Source: Sphyrna mokarran (Eukaryota). From it: a DNA stretch of 64,000 bases. Numbering within the stretch: position 1 is the first letter of the stretch; each line of letters opens with the position of its first letter. Shown in pieces: positions 13,465 through 27,100 of this stretch. Both the position numbers and the translations under genes were made by a program. Under the pieces are notes generated by a model, which saw only the letters and a list, made by a program, of their open reading frames with translations, was not told where the DNA came from and did not search any database. Where the stretch lies: assembly GCA_024679065.1 (NCBI GenBank), contig JAGIQG010000011.1, positions 4,464,001-4,528,000 on the forward strand. Reading direction: 5' to 3'.

Positions 13465-14515
13465 ATAGTTTACATTTATATAGTGTCTTTAAAATGACAA
13501 ACCATCCCACAAGAGCACTGGAAAATAACGATGACACTAAGTCATCACTAGAAAAAAAAAATTTTCAATCTCGACTGCTGCGGGAATCATTAGAGATTTG
13601 ATGGATTATTTAAAGGTCCAATGACCTGGGGAAGAACGTATGGTCTCAGAATAGATGGGACTGTAAAATCCTGCCCAATTGGATGAATGACCAAAAACCT
13701 AATCAGAGATAGGTACTAATGCAAGTCTTAAAGGAGAAACATGAGATAGGGAGATGGGTACATGTTGGAAGGAAAATCCAGAACTTGGAGCTTAGATAAC
13801 TGAATGCATGGTCACCAATGATGGAGCAATTAGAATTAGAAGTACACATGAGAATAGAAATAGAGGGGCACAAGTTTCTTGAAGGATCTGGGACTAGAAG
13901 AGATAACAGTGATATGGAGGGGCAAAACCATGGAAGCATCTGAATCCAACAATCAGTATTTTAAAATTAAGTTGCTGCTTCCGAGATTCAATATAAGCCA
14001 ACAAGCAAAGTACGTTCAGAAAATGGGGCTTGCTGTGAGTTAAGATATAGGTAGCAAAGATGACTTCAAGTATATGGAAGATAAATGTAGGAGACGAACC
14101 AGGAATGCATTGGAATAATCAAATCTAAAGATAGGAAAGGCATGGATGACAGTGTCAACAACAGATGTGCTGAGGCAGGGGTAAATTTAGGTGATGTCAT
14201 ATAAAATGAGCAGTCTTAATGACAATTCAAATGTGAAATTGAAAGTTCATTTTGAGATTAAATGTGGCAGCATGGTTACAGATGGACTTAATCTCAGGCT
14301 GTTGCCAGGGAAAGGGATGAGGTCAGCAGTTCAGCAATGGAATTTGTTGGGCATCAAACAATGGCTTCAGTCTCCCTAATTGGAAAGTCATTCTGCACGT
14401 CCTATTCTAAATGTCACTTAAGCAATCTGGTAATTTAGTAGAAGTGGTGGAGTCAAGAGAGGTGGTGATGAGGTACAGCTGGGTGTTATTAGTTTCCATG
14501 TGAAAACTAACGCTA
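13465..14515 (-). mobile_element. Old L2-clade LINE 3' region (with a small MITE at about 13560-13677)
   Basis: Begins with the tttatatagtgtctttaa tail motif shared with 23410 and 52210; degenerate L2-like body. Confidence 0.55.
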
Positions 14516-15744
14516 TGGGAGTGATCTTACCTGGCTGATCCTACTGGTCAAACGAAGGGTGAGCAGGTAAGATCATGTGAGAGGCAAAAAATCAGGTTCA
14601 TGCCCAATTTCCTGCCTCTTGTAATTTTAACAGCCTGGGATTTCTGTTTCAATTGTCCAGACTTACTTGCCTTAACTGCCTCACTGCTAAAGGTCCTTAT
14701 CAACATGGGTCAGGTATGGCCCCCATCGATACAGGCTTGACATGTCGGTAAAACCAAAGCCAATGAGAAACCCCAGTAGGTGGGGGACAGGCAGGACAGG
14801 GTCCCTTGGGCATTCCAGCCTGGGCACCAGGCATCGAGCAGTGCTAAGGAGGTGAGTCTGAGGAGGTGGGGTTTAAGGGTTGTGGATGGAACCTGGGGAG
14901 GGTGGGACCTAAGGGGAAGGGATGAGGGAGAGCTGCCCACTCTGCCTCCTGTAAATTTCACAGCCTGGGATTTCTGTTTCAATTGTTCAGACTTACTTGC
15001 CTTAACTGCCTCACTGCTAAAGGTCCTCATCAACGTGGATGACGTTCTCTGAGAGAGAATTGCTTGTTTGGCAATTGGCCGGGGCCAGAGGTAGCAATTC
15101 TTAAACTCCCAACCTTTAATATCTTCATGTCTCATGTTCCACGTTCTCCTTTTCTCCCATGTGAGATACATTTATATGAATACAATTTATTGTTATTATG
15201 GTAGAATATCATTAGATAGTACATTATTAGTATACCTCTGGATTCCATCTGGCTTTTGCAACATGATAAAACCTTTAAGCATCATCCTTTTCTTGTTCCT
15301 TTAAATGAAACCTCATCTAATGAAGTAGACAAATAGACTACTGGACCTTTAAGGAAAGCTGCTGTCTTTTTTCAGAATTGATTCTATTTTTGGCATTGTG
15401 ATGCCTCCATAAAGTTCTAACTTGACACATTATTTACATTTTGCCATATTGAGTTAAAAACTGTGATGCTTTCCTTGCTGCCGGGTACAGTTTGCTTTAA
15501 TCCTTTAATGTAGTGCAACTTCAATTGAGAATCTCAATTAAACTAACTGGAATCAATTGCATTATAATGTCACATTAATAGATCATCACATTGCCCTTGA
15601 TGGTTCTCAAAAGAGTGGGTGAGTTTACATTCAATTAACACTCACAGTTTCTCATTAGCGCACTGCAGTTATAAAATTCAAAGTACCTTCTCAGGATGTT
15701 AATGAATGTGGAAATCGGATCACTACAAATGGAATATATAGAAT

Positions 15745-18070
15745 TAAGGCTGCAAGAGAATTCAGTGAGATTTTGTGCCCACTGCAAATGGCGAGATGGA
15801 CGCAACATCCCACAAGAGGCCAAAAATGCAAATTTTGCTGGCAGTCTTATGATGTGATTGTGCTTGCCCCCACACCATTGAGGTAGCAACATTTTTGCAC
15901 AAGATCAGGAACTTAATTTGAATACTTTATAATCTAATTAGCGGGCAGTCCAGCTTAATGCAATGTCCAATTGCATCGATTTGGCATCACGGTTTTTAAA
16001 ATGAGAACCTGTCGACCTGCTCTCCGAGGGAGATAGCGGAGGTGAGCGCACAGATTGTCATTATCCAACAGAGATCCCAAGAGGACAGAGAGGGTGCTGG
16101 AGAACCGAAATGATGGGGGAGCTGGAATCCAGCTAAGGGAGCTGCACTGCTTGCAGGTAACAGATTCAGAGTGTCACCAGATTGGGGGTAGGGTGGGGTG
16201 GGGTGGGGCAGGGGAGTGGGGGCAAGTTGAAGGAATTTGGGAAGTGAAGCTGCAGGTTGCCGGGTTGAAAGGTCAGGTCTCAATGGACTACGAGTGATTG
16301 GGGGTGAGGGACGGAAGGCTGAGGCTGTATATCAGGGAGGTCATGTTTGCGAGGGTGCATCACTGCATCAATTTTGCAAGACTGTTGGGGTTTGCCTAGA
16401 TAGCTGGCTTTTCACAAGTAGAAGGAGCCATTGATTACATGAACATGGCTCTCCATTCCCAAAGGCATCAAAGAACAAAGAACAAAACAGCATGGGAACC
16501 AGGCCCTTCGGCCCAACAAGCCCACGCCGCCACCTCGATGTTCCCATTTCTACCCATGATCGCTGTCTATGTTTATAGATCTATGCATTGGAACCAAATT
16601 TGTGACAATTTAGGGAGAATTTGTTCTGCCAATCAGCCTAAGAGCACATCTTTGGGATGTGGGAGGAAACCCATGCAAGCACGGGGAGAATGCACAAACT
16701 CCCACAGACACAGGCAAGGTGGTGTTCCCTTCATAAACCAGATGGCCTACCACCCCCTTAATGTCCAGACAGTCTGCAATCATACCAAGTGTATCCTGCA
16801 AGTGTGGCTATTTTCCAAAGGAGCCCCATGACACCTACATACTAGGTTGCTCTCAGATACCAGAGGTATAAGGGAGCTCTTTGGTTACAGCATTGGCTCC
16901 TTGGGACAAGGGGTGGCTGATTCCATTTAACGTGAAGGCCACAGAGTGCAGCAGAAGCCTGATATCATGAGGCTTATGCTGGTAATTGCACTTTGGCAGA
17001 ATAGATGATTGTATCCTGAAAATGTGGTTCTAGAGCCTGGACCAGTCAGATAAAGCTCTGCAGTAAAACTCCCAGAAAGTACTGCGCATTATTATTTTTT
17101 GCTGTGCCCTCCACAATCTGGCATTTCAATGGGGTAAGAAGCTAGCAGAGGAGGAAATGTCCACTGATGAGAAGGATGTTAAAGAGAGCGCTGAGAGGGA
17201 ACTCCTGGAGGAGACAGAGCAAGGATATCAGGTGATGGAGAGGAGAGCCTGGGCCGCTTTGATAGCCACCCCACTTCAAAGATGACCAGGACCAGACTGG
17301 ACAAGGAAGCTCCATCATGGGATAGGGTCCTTCTTCACTGATTGTTGGCTATCTCAACCCAGCACTTCCTCCTGTCTTGGGAAGTATGCAGTTGCCCCTA
17401 ATCCAAACAATATACTTTTTCCCCTTACACCCACCTCATCCACAGCACGGGAGCAGTCTTTTCCTTCCTGGCAAGATGGAGGGCTCTCTCCTTGAAAGGT
17501 GAGATGATTTTCAGTTCGGGCATGTCTCTGCCCGTCTTTACTTGTTTTTTTTTATTGTGAGCCAGATGGGGATGGTGTAAACAGGCCACATGTTGGGTCA
17601 GATAGTAAAGATGCCTGGCGTGTATTGTTGGTGAATGGAAGCTGTGATGATGAAAGATGCTGTAAGGGAGGTGAGGAAGTATGTGGTTGGGGGAGGTAGG
17701 AGCCCCATGAGTTGGAAGTGAATGAGTCCCAGTGCATGTGTGATAGATAGGAAAATGGCAACAAATAAGAAAAGCTGCACAAAAGAGGACGTCATTTATT
17801 TTCTTCTTGCACTGGATGCCTATCGTCTTGCACAGGAAACTGGTGATTGTCAGTGCTGCCATTGCCTCCTTAGGTATATACTTGAGGGTATAGAATGTTC
17901 TACATCTCCACCTTATCCAGCATTCTTCAGAAAATCTCAGGATAGTCTTCCTAACAGCCATTCTCTTGACTGGACATGGAACAAGTGCTGGAAAGGCATT
18001 TAAAATGGAGCACTCCTGTGATTGCTCAGCTGATGGCAGGGTGGACAGATCAGAGTCAGCCCACCACAGA
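15745..18070. mobile_element. PIF/Harbinger DNA transposon remnant (transposase on +, Myb/SANT-like ORF on -)
   Basis: + strand FINQMAYHPLNVQTVCNHTKCILQV and WLLG-DKG resemble Harbinger DDE motifs (about 16725-16915). - strand LRFSEEC...IQCKKKINDV resembles the Myb/SANT partner (about 17790-17970). Confidence 0.75.
16469..16715 (-). mobile_element. V-SINE copy (5'-truncated) inserted in the Harbinger transposase
   Basis: Near-identical to 7617-7858 and 63753-64000. Confidence 0.85.
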
Positions 18071-18724
18071 TATGATGTTGAACTTATGCAAATTCTTTTC
18101 TCCAAAACTCCCTAAAAATACAGCTTGCAACACTGCCAGCAGGTTACTTGCTACTCACCTAAACAACACTTAATAGAAAAAAGGGCAATTTCAACCCAAT
18201 GTCACTTCCAATTTACATATTAATGGCTGGATCTTCCAATCCAGCACACGAGTGGGATTTACTAGTGTCACTGAAGTCAATGGAGTTTTGGCTGGCTTGC
18301 CGCATCTACCCAGGTGGGGCCAGAAAATAATTTATATATAAACCAATTAGTTTCTTTAAATACATCTGTAACTTTACAGAGCTAAACAGATCATTCAGTG
18401 AATTAATTATTGAATATTTTGTGGAAGATGTCATTTGAAATTTTAACATACAAACACTTAAGGTTGGAAAGTTAAATCAAAACATAATGGATAGGATTTT
18501 CCACATATTTTTTGTGGTGGTGAAGGTGGCCCATCATTGGCTAATGGCAGGATTTTCTGGCCACCGTTGACAATGGTTTTCCCATTGAATACATCCATCA
18601 CCAGCATGAAAGCCTGTAAAGTTCCGGCTAAGATTCTGTCTGTAGAAATTTGTGTTAAATGAGTATTGGTGTGTGATGTCTGAGAGCGCTTGGTACTATT
18701 AGACATTCAGGTGAACATATTCTA

Positions 18725-19680
18725 AGTTTGACATGAAAAAATAGCTAAGGGCCACCAAAAGGATGAAAGAAGGGAAAACAAATTGGAGAATTATCTAGCC
18801 AGGAATTTAAAACCGAATGTAAAAGCTTTTACAAATATATAAAAATGGGGAGAGCTGCCAGAGTAAACATCATCCCAAAAAGGGACAGGAGAAATTATCA
18901 TATGTAATGAGGAAATGGCAGAGACCTTGAACAAATAGTTTGTTTCTTGTCATCGCTGCAGAAGAAAGCATTGACATACCCAATACAGGGTAGCAAAGGA
19001 GTTAGAAAGAGGAAATTAATATCAATAGAGAAACACTGGAGAAACTTGCAGGACTAGAATCTGACAAATCATCAGGATCTTGGATTTCAAAGAGGTAGCT
19101 ACATAGATAAAATTGCGAATTTCCAAAATTCTTGAGGCTCTAGAATGGTTTCAGCAGGTTGAAAATTAGCAACTGTAACTTTACTATTCAAAAAAGGAGT
19201 GAGAGATATATATGGAATGACAGATCAGTGAACCTGACATAATCATCGAGGATATGTTGGAATTTCTTATTAAGAAAAGTCAAAAGTCAAAGTCAACATG
19301 GTTTTATGATGGGGAAATTGTCATTTTGGGTAAGAAAAGCTGTGAGTAGCCTGCTGGCAGTGTTTGGTGGGTTTTTGTTTCGTATCTTTAGACACTTTGA
19401 AAGAAAAATTTTGCACAAATCTATTAGAGTTTTGAGAATGTAACTAGTTAGGTAAATGAGAAGAACCAGAAAGCTGGATTTCCCAAAGGATGAGAAATAA
19501 CACAAGGGTTACTACAGAAGCTAATGGCTCATGGATTAGTGGGTAATATATTAGCATGGATAGAAGATTGGTAATGAAAGGGAAGTAGTGAGTAGAGATA
19601 AGTGGGGCATTTTAAAGTTGTCAGCCTACAATGGATAAAACGCTACAATGACCAGTGCTGGGGCTACAGTTATTTAGTTT
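18725..19680 (+). mobile_element. Old CR1 ORF2 fragment
   Basis: Degenerate EEMAETLNK, QHGF and TNLLEF segments. Confidence 0.7.
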
Positions 19681-20224
19681 GCATTTGTTTGTGTGTCAGC
19701 CATGCCTCTCTTGCCTCTGGGTCCAAGTTCCACTCCAAGGTCTAAGCACAAAAAATAAGGCTTGCACTACAATGCATCCCATTCATCAGTAAATGTATAT
19801 ATTCATATATGACATGAATTTATCTTTCAGGGCAATTATACAATTGTGCAGGAATAAGACAAAATTTAATTTACAAGTACACAAAACTAAGCATCTTGAA
19901 AATATAGAAGAGGCCTACTTATTTGACCCTACCTAACCTCTGGTCTGAACTGTGATCACTTCACAACTGTTCTTATTTACTGACAAATCAGAATTTTTGT
20001 CAACCTGTTCACCAGTATCTTTGACCTTACCCACAATGTGACAGGAATATCAGATGTGGTAACATCCTATAACACTGAATTCTGTTTAGTTCTGTTCGAG
20101 AATTGCATGATTGCTCACATGTACTCACTGCATCCTCCCTTACATACCATATAGCATCTCTATACAGATCACCTGAGCAGGTTGAACAATTTCAAATCTC
20201 TTATCTAGCTCAGTGCATCCCAAG

Positions 20225-22137
20225 TAGCAACACTCTCTACACACGAGTATGGTACTGACTTCATGTATTGTGACAATCTAAATCCTGGCAAACTGAAGTC
20301 CTGACACAGTTGGGTCAACTGTGCCTGCAATATGGAATACAGAAAAGAGATAGAGAATCTGGTGAAATGGAATGATGATAATAATCTCTCAACGTCAGTA
20401 AAACAAAGAAGATAGACAAGCAAAGTGGAGGATATGCCCCTGTCCACATCAATGGTGATAGGTGTTCAGATCACCAACAATTTGCCCTAGTTCTTTCACA
20501 CTGACGTAACAGTTAGGAAAGCCCGTCAACACCTCTACTTTCTCAGGAGACTAAGGAAATTCAGCATGTCTGCTATGACTCTTATCAATTTTACAGATGC
20601 ACCATAGAAAACATCCATTCTGTTATGGCTCTTGTACTGACCAAGACTGCAATAAACAACAAAAAACGTTCTAAACGTAGCCCAGTCTATTATGCAAACC
20701 TGAATCCCATCCATCGATTCCATCCATACTTCCCACTGCCTCAGAAAAGCAGCTAGCATAATCAAGGATCACACACATTTTGGACATATTCTCTCGCACC
20801 TTCTTCCATCAGGAAAAAGATACAGAAGTCTGAGATCATGTAACAACTTGACACAAAAACAGCTTCTTCCCTGCTGCCATCAGACTTCTGAGTGGACCTA
20901 CCATATATTAAGTTGATCTTTCTCTACACCCTAGCTATGACTGTAGCATTGCATTCTGCACCCTCTCCTTTCCTTCTTCCTTATGTGTTCTATGAATGGT
21001 ATAATGGCTAGCTGATAGAAGACAGAGGGTGGTGGTTGATGGAAATTATTCATTGTGGAGTTCGGTTACAAGTGGTATACCTCAGGGATCTGTTTTGGGG
21101 CCCCTGCTGTTTGTAATTTTTATAAATGATCTGGATGAGGGTATTGAAGGATGGATTAATAAATTTGCAGATAACACCAAAATCGGAGGAGTGGTAGATA
21201 GTGAAGAGGGGTGTTACAGTTTGCAGAGAGACTTGGACAAGTTGCAGAGCTGGGCTGAGAGGTGGCAAATGGAGTTTAATGCGGAAAAGTGTGAGGTAAA
21301 TCACTTTGGCAGGAATAACAAATGTGTAGAGTATAGGGCTAATGGTAGGACTCTTAATAGTGTTGAAGAACAGAGGGGTCTTGGTGTATATGTGCATAGA
21401 TCCCTGAAAGTTGGCAATCAAGTCGATAAGGTTGTTAAGAAGGCATATGGAGTCTTAGCTTTTATTGGTAGGGGGATTGAATTTCGGAGCCGCACCGTCA
21501 TGTTGCAACTGTACAAAACTCTAGTGTGGCCGCACTTGGAGTATTGTGTGCAGTTCTGGTCCCCACATTATAAGAAAGATGTGGAGGCATTGGAAAGGGT
21601 GCAGAGGAGGTTTACCAGGATGTTGCCTGGTATGGAGGCAGGTCTTATGAGGAGAGGCTGAGGGATTTGAGGTTGTTTTCGTTAGAAAGAAGGCTGCTAA
21701 GAGGAGACCTTATTGAAACATATAAGATGATTAGAGGTTTAGATAGGGTGGACAGTGATAGCCTTTTTCCTAGGATGGAGAAAGCTAGCACGAGGGGACA
21801 TAGCTTAAATTAAGGGGTGGTAGTTATAGGACGGATGTCAGAGGTAGGTTCTTTACCCAGAGGGTGGTAAGGGTATGGAATGCCTGCCTGCTGCAGTTGT
21901 AGATGCGCCAAGTTTGGTGGCGTTTAAGAGGTTAGTAGATAAATTTATGGACGAAAAGGGAATGGTTTAGGTTAGAGGGTCATTGCTTTTTCCTAATTGG
22001 TTGGCGCAACATCGAAGGCCGAAGGGCCTGTTCTGCGCTGTAATGTTCTATGTTCTATGATTTTTCTGTATAGCACAAGAAACATTACTTTTCACTTTAT
22101 CCCAATGCATATGACAGTAATAAATCAAATCAAATTA
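20225..22137 (+). mobile_element. Rex1/Babar-like LINE 3' part, interrupted by CR1
   Basis: EYRKEIENLVKW..NNL, QHLYFLRRLRKFSMS and NFYRCTIE motifs; 3' end aataaatcaaatcaaa resumes after the CR1. Confidence 0.75.
21003..22058 (+). mobile_element. Young CR1 LINE, 5'-truncated
   Basis: 210-aa RT ORF (GIPQGSVLGPLLF, KFADNTKIGG); GGCCGAAGGGCC stem-loop and (GTTCTAT)n tail. Confidence 0.95.
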
Positions 22138-22199
22138 AATATGAAATAATTGTGGTATCCATTCTTACTTAGCTTCATTTCAAGGTTATTGTTCCAATG

Positions 22200-22970
22200 C
22201 GTTTGATTGCTGAATCATTATAAGTAGACAACCTAATGCTGGTTGGTGAATTCCCAATTCTCTACAAACATAGCCTTCAAACGTATTAGCACTTGCTTCT
22301 GTAATGATTTTATCCTCAAGTGAATGGTTACCACTGTTTTGTGGACATATGATTCAATATGTTGCTCCACATTGACAATATGGAATGATTGTTAAATCCT
22401 TTTCATGTTTCAATTCCTTACATACCTTGTGTACCCTCTTAAACTCCTGCTGTGTATGGGCATAACTTTGACTGCATTTGCCATTGTGTCTTGCACACTT
22501 TTCCTTTGCGCATGACATGTCATCGCATTTAGATGTATGCTCTGAGCTTAGCCTCTTGCATTGTCTTGCCCAAAGCCCATGGATACCATACACATTGCAC
22601 TGGTTCTCGTATGTTGTTCAATTGTGAATTACATAGGTCAAGCCATATTTACAAGGCTTGCTATAATTCTGACACTTGATTACTATACCAGTTGTTGTAA
22701 CCACCCCAAACACCAGAAACTGTTGGATGCCCAATCATGAAAACTTCAAACTTTTTTAGTGCTTCAATGCTGTACCCTTTCTTCTTCTCTAGTCATCTTT
22801 TTGAAGTGTGTGCATTAGGGTAGACACAAAAACTAGTTCCAAAAATCCATTCCAATAGGTCAATATCTAAAAAGTCAGACTTCTGAGCTTTGTCTCAGCA
22901 CCTTGCAACAAACTGGTCAATAATTCATCATGTTGTTGCTAGTGTGTCATCAGCTACAGCCTACATCTGA
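22200..22970 (-). mobile_element. Possible Gypsy gag remnant
   Basis: Minus strand CNVYGIHGLWARQC resembles a decayed CCHC zinc knuckle. Confidence 0.4.
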
Positions 22971-23404
22971 TTCACAGGCATTGTAATTGACTCTTAACTG
23001 CCCTCCGCAGTGTCCTAGCAAGCCTTTCAGTTCATGAACTCTCAATAACTCTCAGATTGAGCAGATAATTGTTTGCTTCTCAGGCAATGGGGCGTCCACT
23101 GTAAATATCTCTCTTATGCTGATCGAAATGATACCATACAATTCTTCTCAAGCAAGTTAACATGGCTATAAAGTTCAAGACAGCTGAGATTTGTTTTCAT
23201 AAAGATGGTGAGTCAGTTTGTTCACCTGCTTTCTGTATGAACCTGTTAGGTGTATTATATTATTGCTCCTACCAGCAGTTAAAGACCAAAGATTTAAGGT
23301 AATGGGCAAATGAAGCAATGGTAAAGGTCAGGAGAATTTTTTTAGGTGGCAAGTTGAAACGATTTGAAATGTCTGACCTGAAAGAATGCTGGAAGAACAA
23401 TTAC

Positions 23405-23868
23405 ATAAACCTGCATTTATATAGCACATTTAACTTTCCAAAGCACTTCATAGGAGCGTCATAAAACATAATTTGGCATTAAACCACATAAAAATATATT
23501 AGGATAGATGACCAAAAGCTTGATTGAATAGGTGGGTTTTAAAGAGTGTTTTAAAGGAGGGCAGAGTTCGAGAGGCAGAGATGTTTATGAAGAGAATATC
23601 AGATTTTCAGGCTTTGGCAGGAACAGTTGCAATGATGGGTCAATTAAAATCAGAATGTTCAAGATGCCGTATTTGGAAAGTTGCGATTATTTTGGGTCAG
23701 TGGGGCTGGGTAGTGTGGTTTAGGACTGGAGGAGATTACAGAAATAAGGAAGGGCGAGGGTGATAGGATTTGAAAATAAGGATGAGAATTTTAAAATCAA
23801 GGCATTGCTTAACCAAGATCCAATGCAGTTCAGCATACACGGGTAATAGATGAACAGGAATTGGGTGA
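23405..23868 (-). mobile_element. Old L2-clade LINE 3' region
   Basis: cctgcatttatatagcacatttaa tail and body similar to 13465 and 52210. Confidence 0.55.
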
Positions 23869-23869
23869 G

Positions 23870-24172
23870 TGGGACAGCATGGTTGCATAGTGTTAGCACT
23901 GCTGCCTCACAGCACCAGGGATCTGGGTTTGATTCCTGCTTGGGTCACTGTCTGTGCGGTGTTTGCACGTTTTCCCCATGTCGGAGGGGGTTTGCTCCAG
24001 GTCCTGCGGTTCCCTCCCACAGTCTGAAAGATGTGTTGGTTCGGTGTATTGGCCATGCCATATTTTCCCTCTGTGTACCTGAGTTTGGGCCAGTGTGACG
24101 ACTAGGGGATTTTCGCAGTAACTTCATTGCAGTGTTGATAAAAGCCTACATGTGACAATAATAAATAAACTT
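23870..24172 (+). mobile_element. V-SINE with an alternative 3' tail
   Basis: tRNA-like head (tggttgcatagtgttagcac...gggtttgattcc), V core, tail ...gtgacaataataaataaac. Confidence 0.85.
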
Positions 24173-27100
24173 AAAAGTTAAACTCAAACTTAGGATACAA
24201 CAGGCAGAGTTTTAGATGACCTTAAGTTTATGGCAGGTGGATGATTATGAGGTTATGCTTTGGAGCATTCAAAAGCAGAATCAAAAGCAAGGTAAATATT
24301 TAAGGTGAAAACATTTGTAGGGCAATAGGGAAAGAATTCAGGAATAGGATTAATTTTTCAATAAACTGAATGGACTGAATAGCCTTCCTCTGTGTTGTGA
24401 GATTCAATAATATTTACTGTGTTTTGGATGAGCTACTAAAGGGCCAAATGAATTACAGTCCAGAATGGGATAACACTTTCAGAAAGAAAACACAGGGTCG
24501 GAGAGGATAGATTTGGAGGGATATAAAAATGGAAAGAATGAGTGGCAAGTAATAAGGATAGATAGCTGGAAAGATGACTAAAAACAGGAATCTTCACAAA
24601 TCCATTTACTGACCTATAATACATTGTTTCAATTGATAATACAACAGCTGCAAAAGAAACAAAGGGCTTTCCACTGCCATTAGCAATCTCTTAATATTTT
24701 CTTATTAGTCAATCATACTGGTCTAAAGCTAGCTAAAAATACCACCAGGACTGTTTTCTGAAGAAAATCTATCATCTTGATAATTTGCATAATGAAATGA
24801 ATATGACAGTATGAAGTATATAATTATATTTCTGTAAGTTTCAATTCCTATAATGCATGAAAATGTGAACTCTGTTGAAAGAGTCTTCCTTTCTCCTGAC
24901 AGAGTGAAGGATGTGTTTGATTTTGGAATCACTGAACCATGTAAATGTTTATTTAAGGAACTCCAATGAAAAGGTGAAGTCTCCTTAGTTTTACTGCTGG
25001 AGTGGTTCTCAGTATGCAAACAATCCTACATAAAAGTACCAATAATGCAAAGTCAAATAGCCTAGAATACATAATGTAGTTTCTTCTTCTCAAAATGAAC
25101 TAAAGTAACAAAAGTCATATTTTTTGGTATCATGAACAACTGAACCTTGAAGAGAGTAATTCAATCACAAGAAGCCAAAAACATTAAGGGAAATAAGAAC
25201 TTTGAAATAGGTTGCCAGCTGGGCACCAGTGCTCTGTAAGTGTTCAAATGGGAGTTGGAAAAGTTTTAAGATGAGCATGGTACTGCTGTATACAAGTTGA
25301 ATTGTTGAATCATAAATTATACAACAGGGGAGGAGACCAGCATGATGAAGAGAGGAGGCCCTCAGGCACAGGGAAGGTTTTACGTAGTATTTAGCACAAT
25401 ACTGAAAAGTACTTTGTAAGGAAAACAAAATTGAAGCATATCCACCACGCCTTACCTCTACTTTCAGAGACATTTAAATAGTCATGTTGTTCCAGTGCAA
25501 CTAGCTGTGAAGGTTGATTAAAACTATTTCATTAAATTAGACAATTTGAATTAGACATTCATACTGCAGATGATAGCCTATTTTCCTTGCAACTCTCAGA
25601 CCCAATAGTTCAGGGACCAAGGCACAGTCAAGATTTTTTTCACAATTTGTGACTGCATTTTCAGATTGATTTGTAGAAAGATTAATGTTTCTACATCACA
25701 GTAATTCAGTGTAATCCTCTCCATATGCAGAACATGTCAATAAATGCATTGTAGAAGGTAATCAACAAAGAGTTCAGTAGTACCTCTGTATAATATCATA
25801 AATCAACAGTTAACATTTTGCAAAATGAATCATTGAACAGCTGTCATTCCCAAGGGTGCAAACATCAACAATTATTTTGGTCCCCTTAGAATGCATTTTT
25901 CATTGCATCTTTTTCATTTGCTTTAAAGGTATCTCAAATGTATCATGGATATGGTATAATTTGGTATTAGGTTCAATTTGGTATTGTGCACAGAAATCAT
26001 GTTTAGATTTAGATGCGTTTATTAGTAAAGGCTGAAGAACTACGTTTCAAATCTCATAAAAGCTATCAAAATCTCCAGAAATGTAAATAATTTTCAACTG
26101 TCCCAATTTTTTATCTGTATCATTAGAAGGGAAAATAGGTAGAATTGTAGAAATGATAAGTGATTTCATCTGTCTCCTCTCACTCTGTTGTCCAAAATCC
26201 CTCTTTGCCAAGCATTTCTGTTTAGTGCTGAATCTGGACATGCGAATGCAATGGTAAAGGGGGAAATGCTGGTAAAGGTGGGCGGGCGCCCATTCATTCA
26301 ATTTAAATGCATGCAAATGCACTTAAATCGCCGTTGCACCGTTTTGGGCATGATTTGGATCGTGGCCATTTTCAAGCCTTGGTAAAGTGGACATCTGCAT
26401 GAATGCAAATGCTGATCGTGTTAATGGTCTCATACCCGACTTCACCAAATTTTCACATCTGAAAAAAGGAGCGACATAATGTAAAATCGGGTCCTTAGAA
26501 TAATTCTCATAAAATTCCACTCTGGTACTCACTATTGTAATGTTATTTGCCAGACGTGATGCACAGTCAAAGGTGTTCTAAGGGTGCCTTGATTGTATTA
26601 ATTAGTTAATGCAAAACTACCTTTTCTTTAGATTAAGTGTTAGTTGCCAATTAAGTAATGTTCGATTTATGTTGATTTTGTTTATTTTGTTATTACAAAT
26701 GTCCTAAAACACAAAATATTGGTCAGGATTTTCCAATCATTTACATGGCAGGAACTTCCAGCCCTGCTGAAAGCAGCCCCCCACTCTAAATTCCTTGGAG
26801 GAACAGCCAACAAGCAACACAAATGAGCACTGACTCTGGCAAGACTGGAAGATCCTGCCAATGGCCAATAATGATCTGCCTCCAACAGAAAACCTGAGAA
26901 TTGGAAAATCCCAGCCATTGTTTACTGGTTTATTTCTGTTGTTCATTGGGAAATGCATCATTTTTACTAAAAGTTATCAGTCTTCATAGTGATAGAAGCA
27001 TATGTTAATTGTTACAATCATGAAAAAGCATACACAGGTACTGACAAGTGAGAGGGAATTCCATGTAACAGTACTCTTACTAGGGTACAGGGCTTGCAGA

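Noticed and set aside
17425-18105. 226-aa ORF as a host gene
   Set aside because: Only a frameshifted Harbinger Myb/SANT trace followed by low-complexity His/Pro-rich translation; no gene structure
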